Source: Perna viridis
Taxonomy: Eukaryota
Direction of reading: 5' to 3'
DNA: 64,000 bases
NCBI GenBank assembly: GCA_037379345.1
Contig: CM074518.1
Location: 46,589,586 to 46,653,585, forward strand
Shown: positions 63,296-64,000 of the stretch, one piece after another
Position numbering within the stretch: the first letter of the stretch is position 1
How the letters are laid out: every line of letters begins with the position of its first letter
Notes under the pieces: model-generated
What the model was told of the DNA's origin: nothing
The model's input: the letters and a program-made list of their open reading frames with translations, nothing else
Databases searched by the model: none
Made by a program: the position numbers and the translations under genes

Positions 63296-64000
63296 TGCTC
63301 GTTCTTGGTCTTTGGACGAAGCTTTTGTCCAAAAAGGTGTTAAAAAGTTAATAAAAAAACCTAAAAAACGCCAGGCTTAAAAAAATAAGAAATACAAATT
63401 TCAGAGGTACAAAATGTGTGTCAGAAACACTACCTGAAAACTCTAGTATAGTGAAATATTATAATTTTATGTTAATAAATATGTAATTTCATATTGGCTT
63501 TGTTGTAGATTTGAAGTCTGTCATATTGTTCGAGTCGGTCGTACTGGTCCCGAGGCATCGCCGAAGGCCAATACGGCTGTTGAGGCCAATATCATTGACC
63601 GAAACCTGACAGGGCCAATATGAAATGACATGCTTATTGACAATTTTATTAACCAATTCAACTAGATGATTTGTAGAACAGTTGTTTTCGTGTTTTACCA
63701 AAAACATGTATGTTTATTTACATTAGTCAGTCCTAGACATCCTTTTTGTATAAAATGGAAGATTTTTTTGTGTTTCTGCTGCTTTTAGACCTGATGATCA
63801 AAGTTAATGAAATCCAATTCTAACTCAAAATGGCGGTGTCAAAGGACCGGAAGTTATGATGTCGTATTGGTTTGATCCATATTGGTCCTCGTTTTTCATA
63901 TTGGCCCCGTATAGATGCCCGGTTTGAATTCATATCAGTTGGTCAGTTTTTGACATATTTTAACGTATTTTGGGTAGTTTGTTTACTATTTACATTATTA

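Overview
AT-rich eukaryotic genomic DNA. The repeat content suggests a marine invertebrate, most likely a bivalve mollusc (inference). There are no prokaryotic operons or CRISPR arrays. The main gene is a minus-strand, multi-exon choline/ethanolamine kinase (CHKA/CHKB family). Nine coding exons with GT-AG boundaries can be assembled between 26613 and about 50250, plus candidate 5' exons at 53268-53310 and 58981-58992. This copy has two frameshifts (-1 nt at ~39133 and about -7 nt at ~28118) and Lys in place of the usual Gln in the Brenner motif, so it looks like a pseudogene or null allele. The first ~2.5 kb of the window is a diverged paralogous copy of this gene's 5'/promoter region, including a conserved candidate 12-nt microexon, which predicts a tandem paralog just left of the window. 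Most of the rest is transposon-derived. There are about 15 fragments of a Penelope-like retroelement with N-terminal endonuclease layout (Naiad type) and a highly structured 3' RNA domain, an RTE LINE, two Ty3/Gypsy-type remnants (one with both LTRs and a TSD), a BEL/Pao remnant, and several MITE/Helentron-type elements. The window also holds a tRNA-derived foldback dimer, 23-bp and 39-bp minisatellites, and an apparently perfect 10x322-bp tandem array next to a possible secreted-protein gene remnant.
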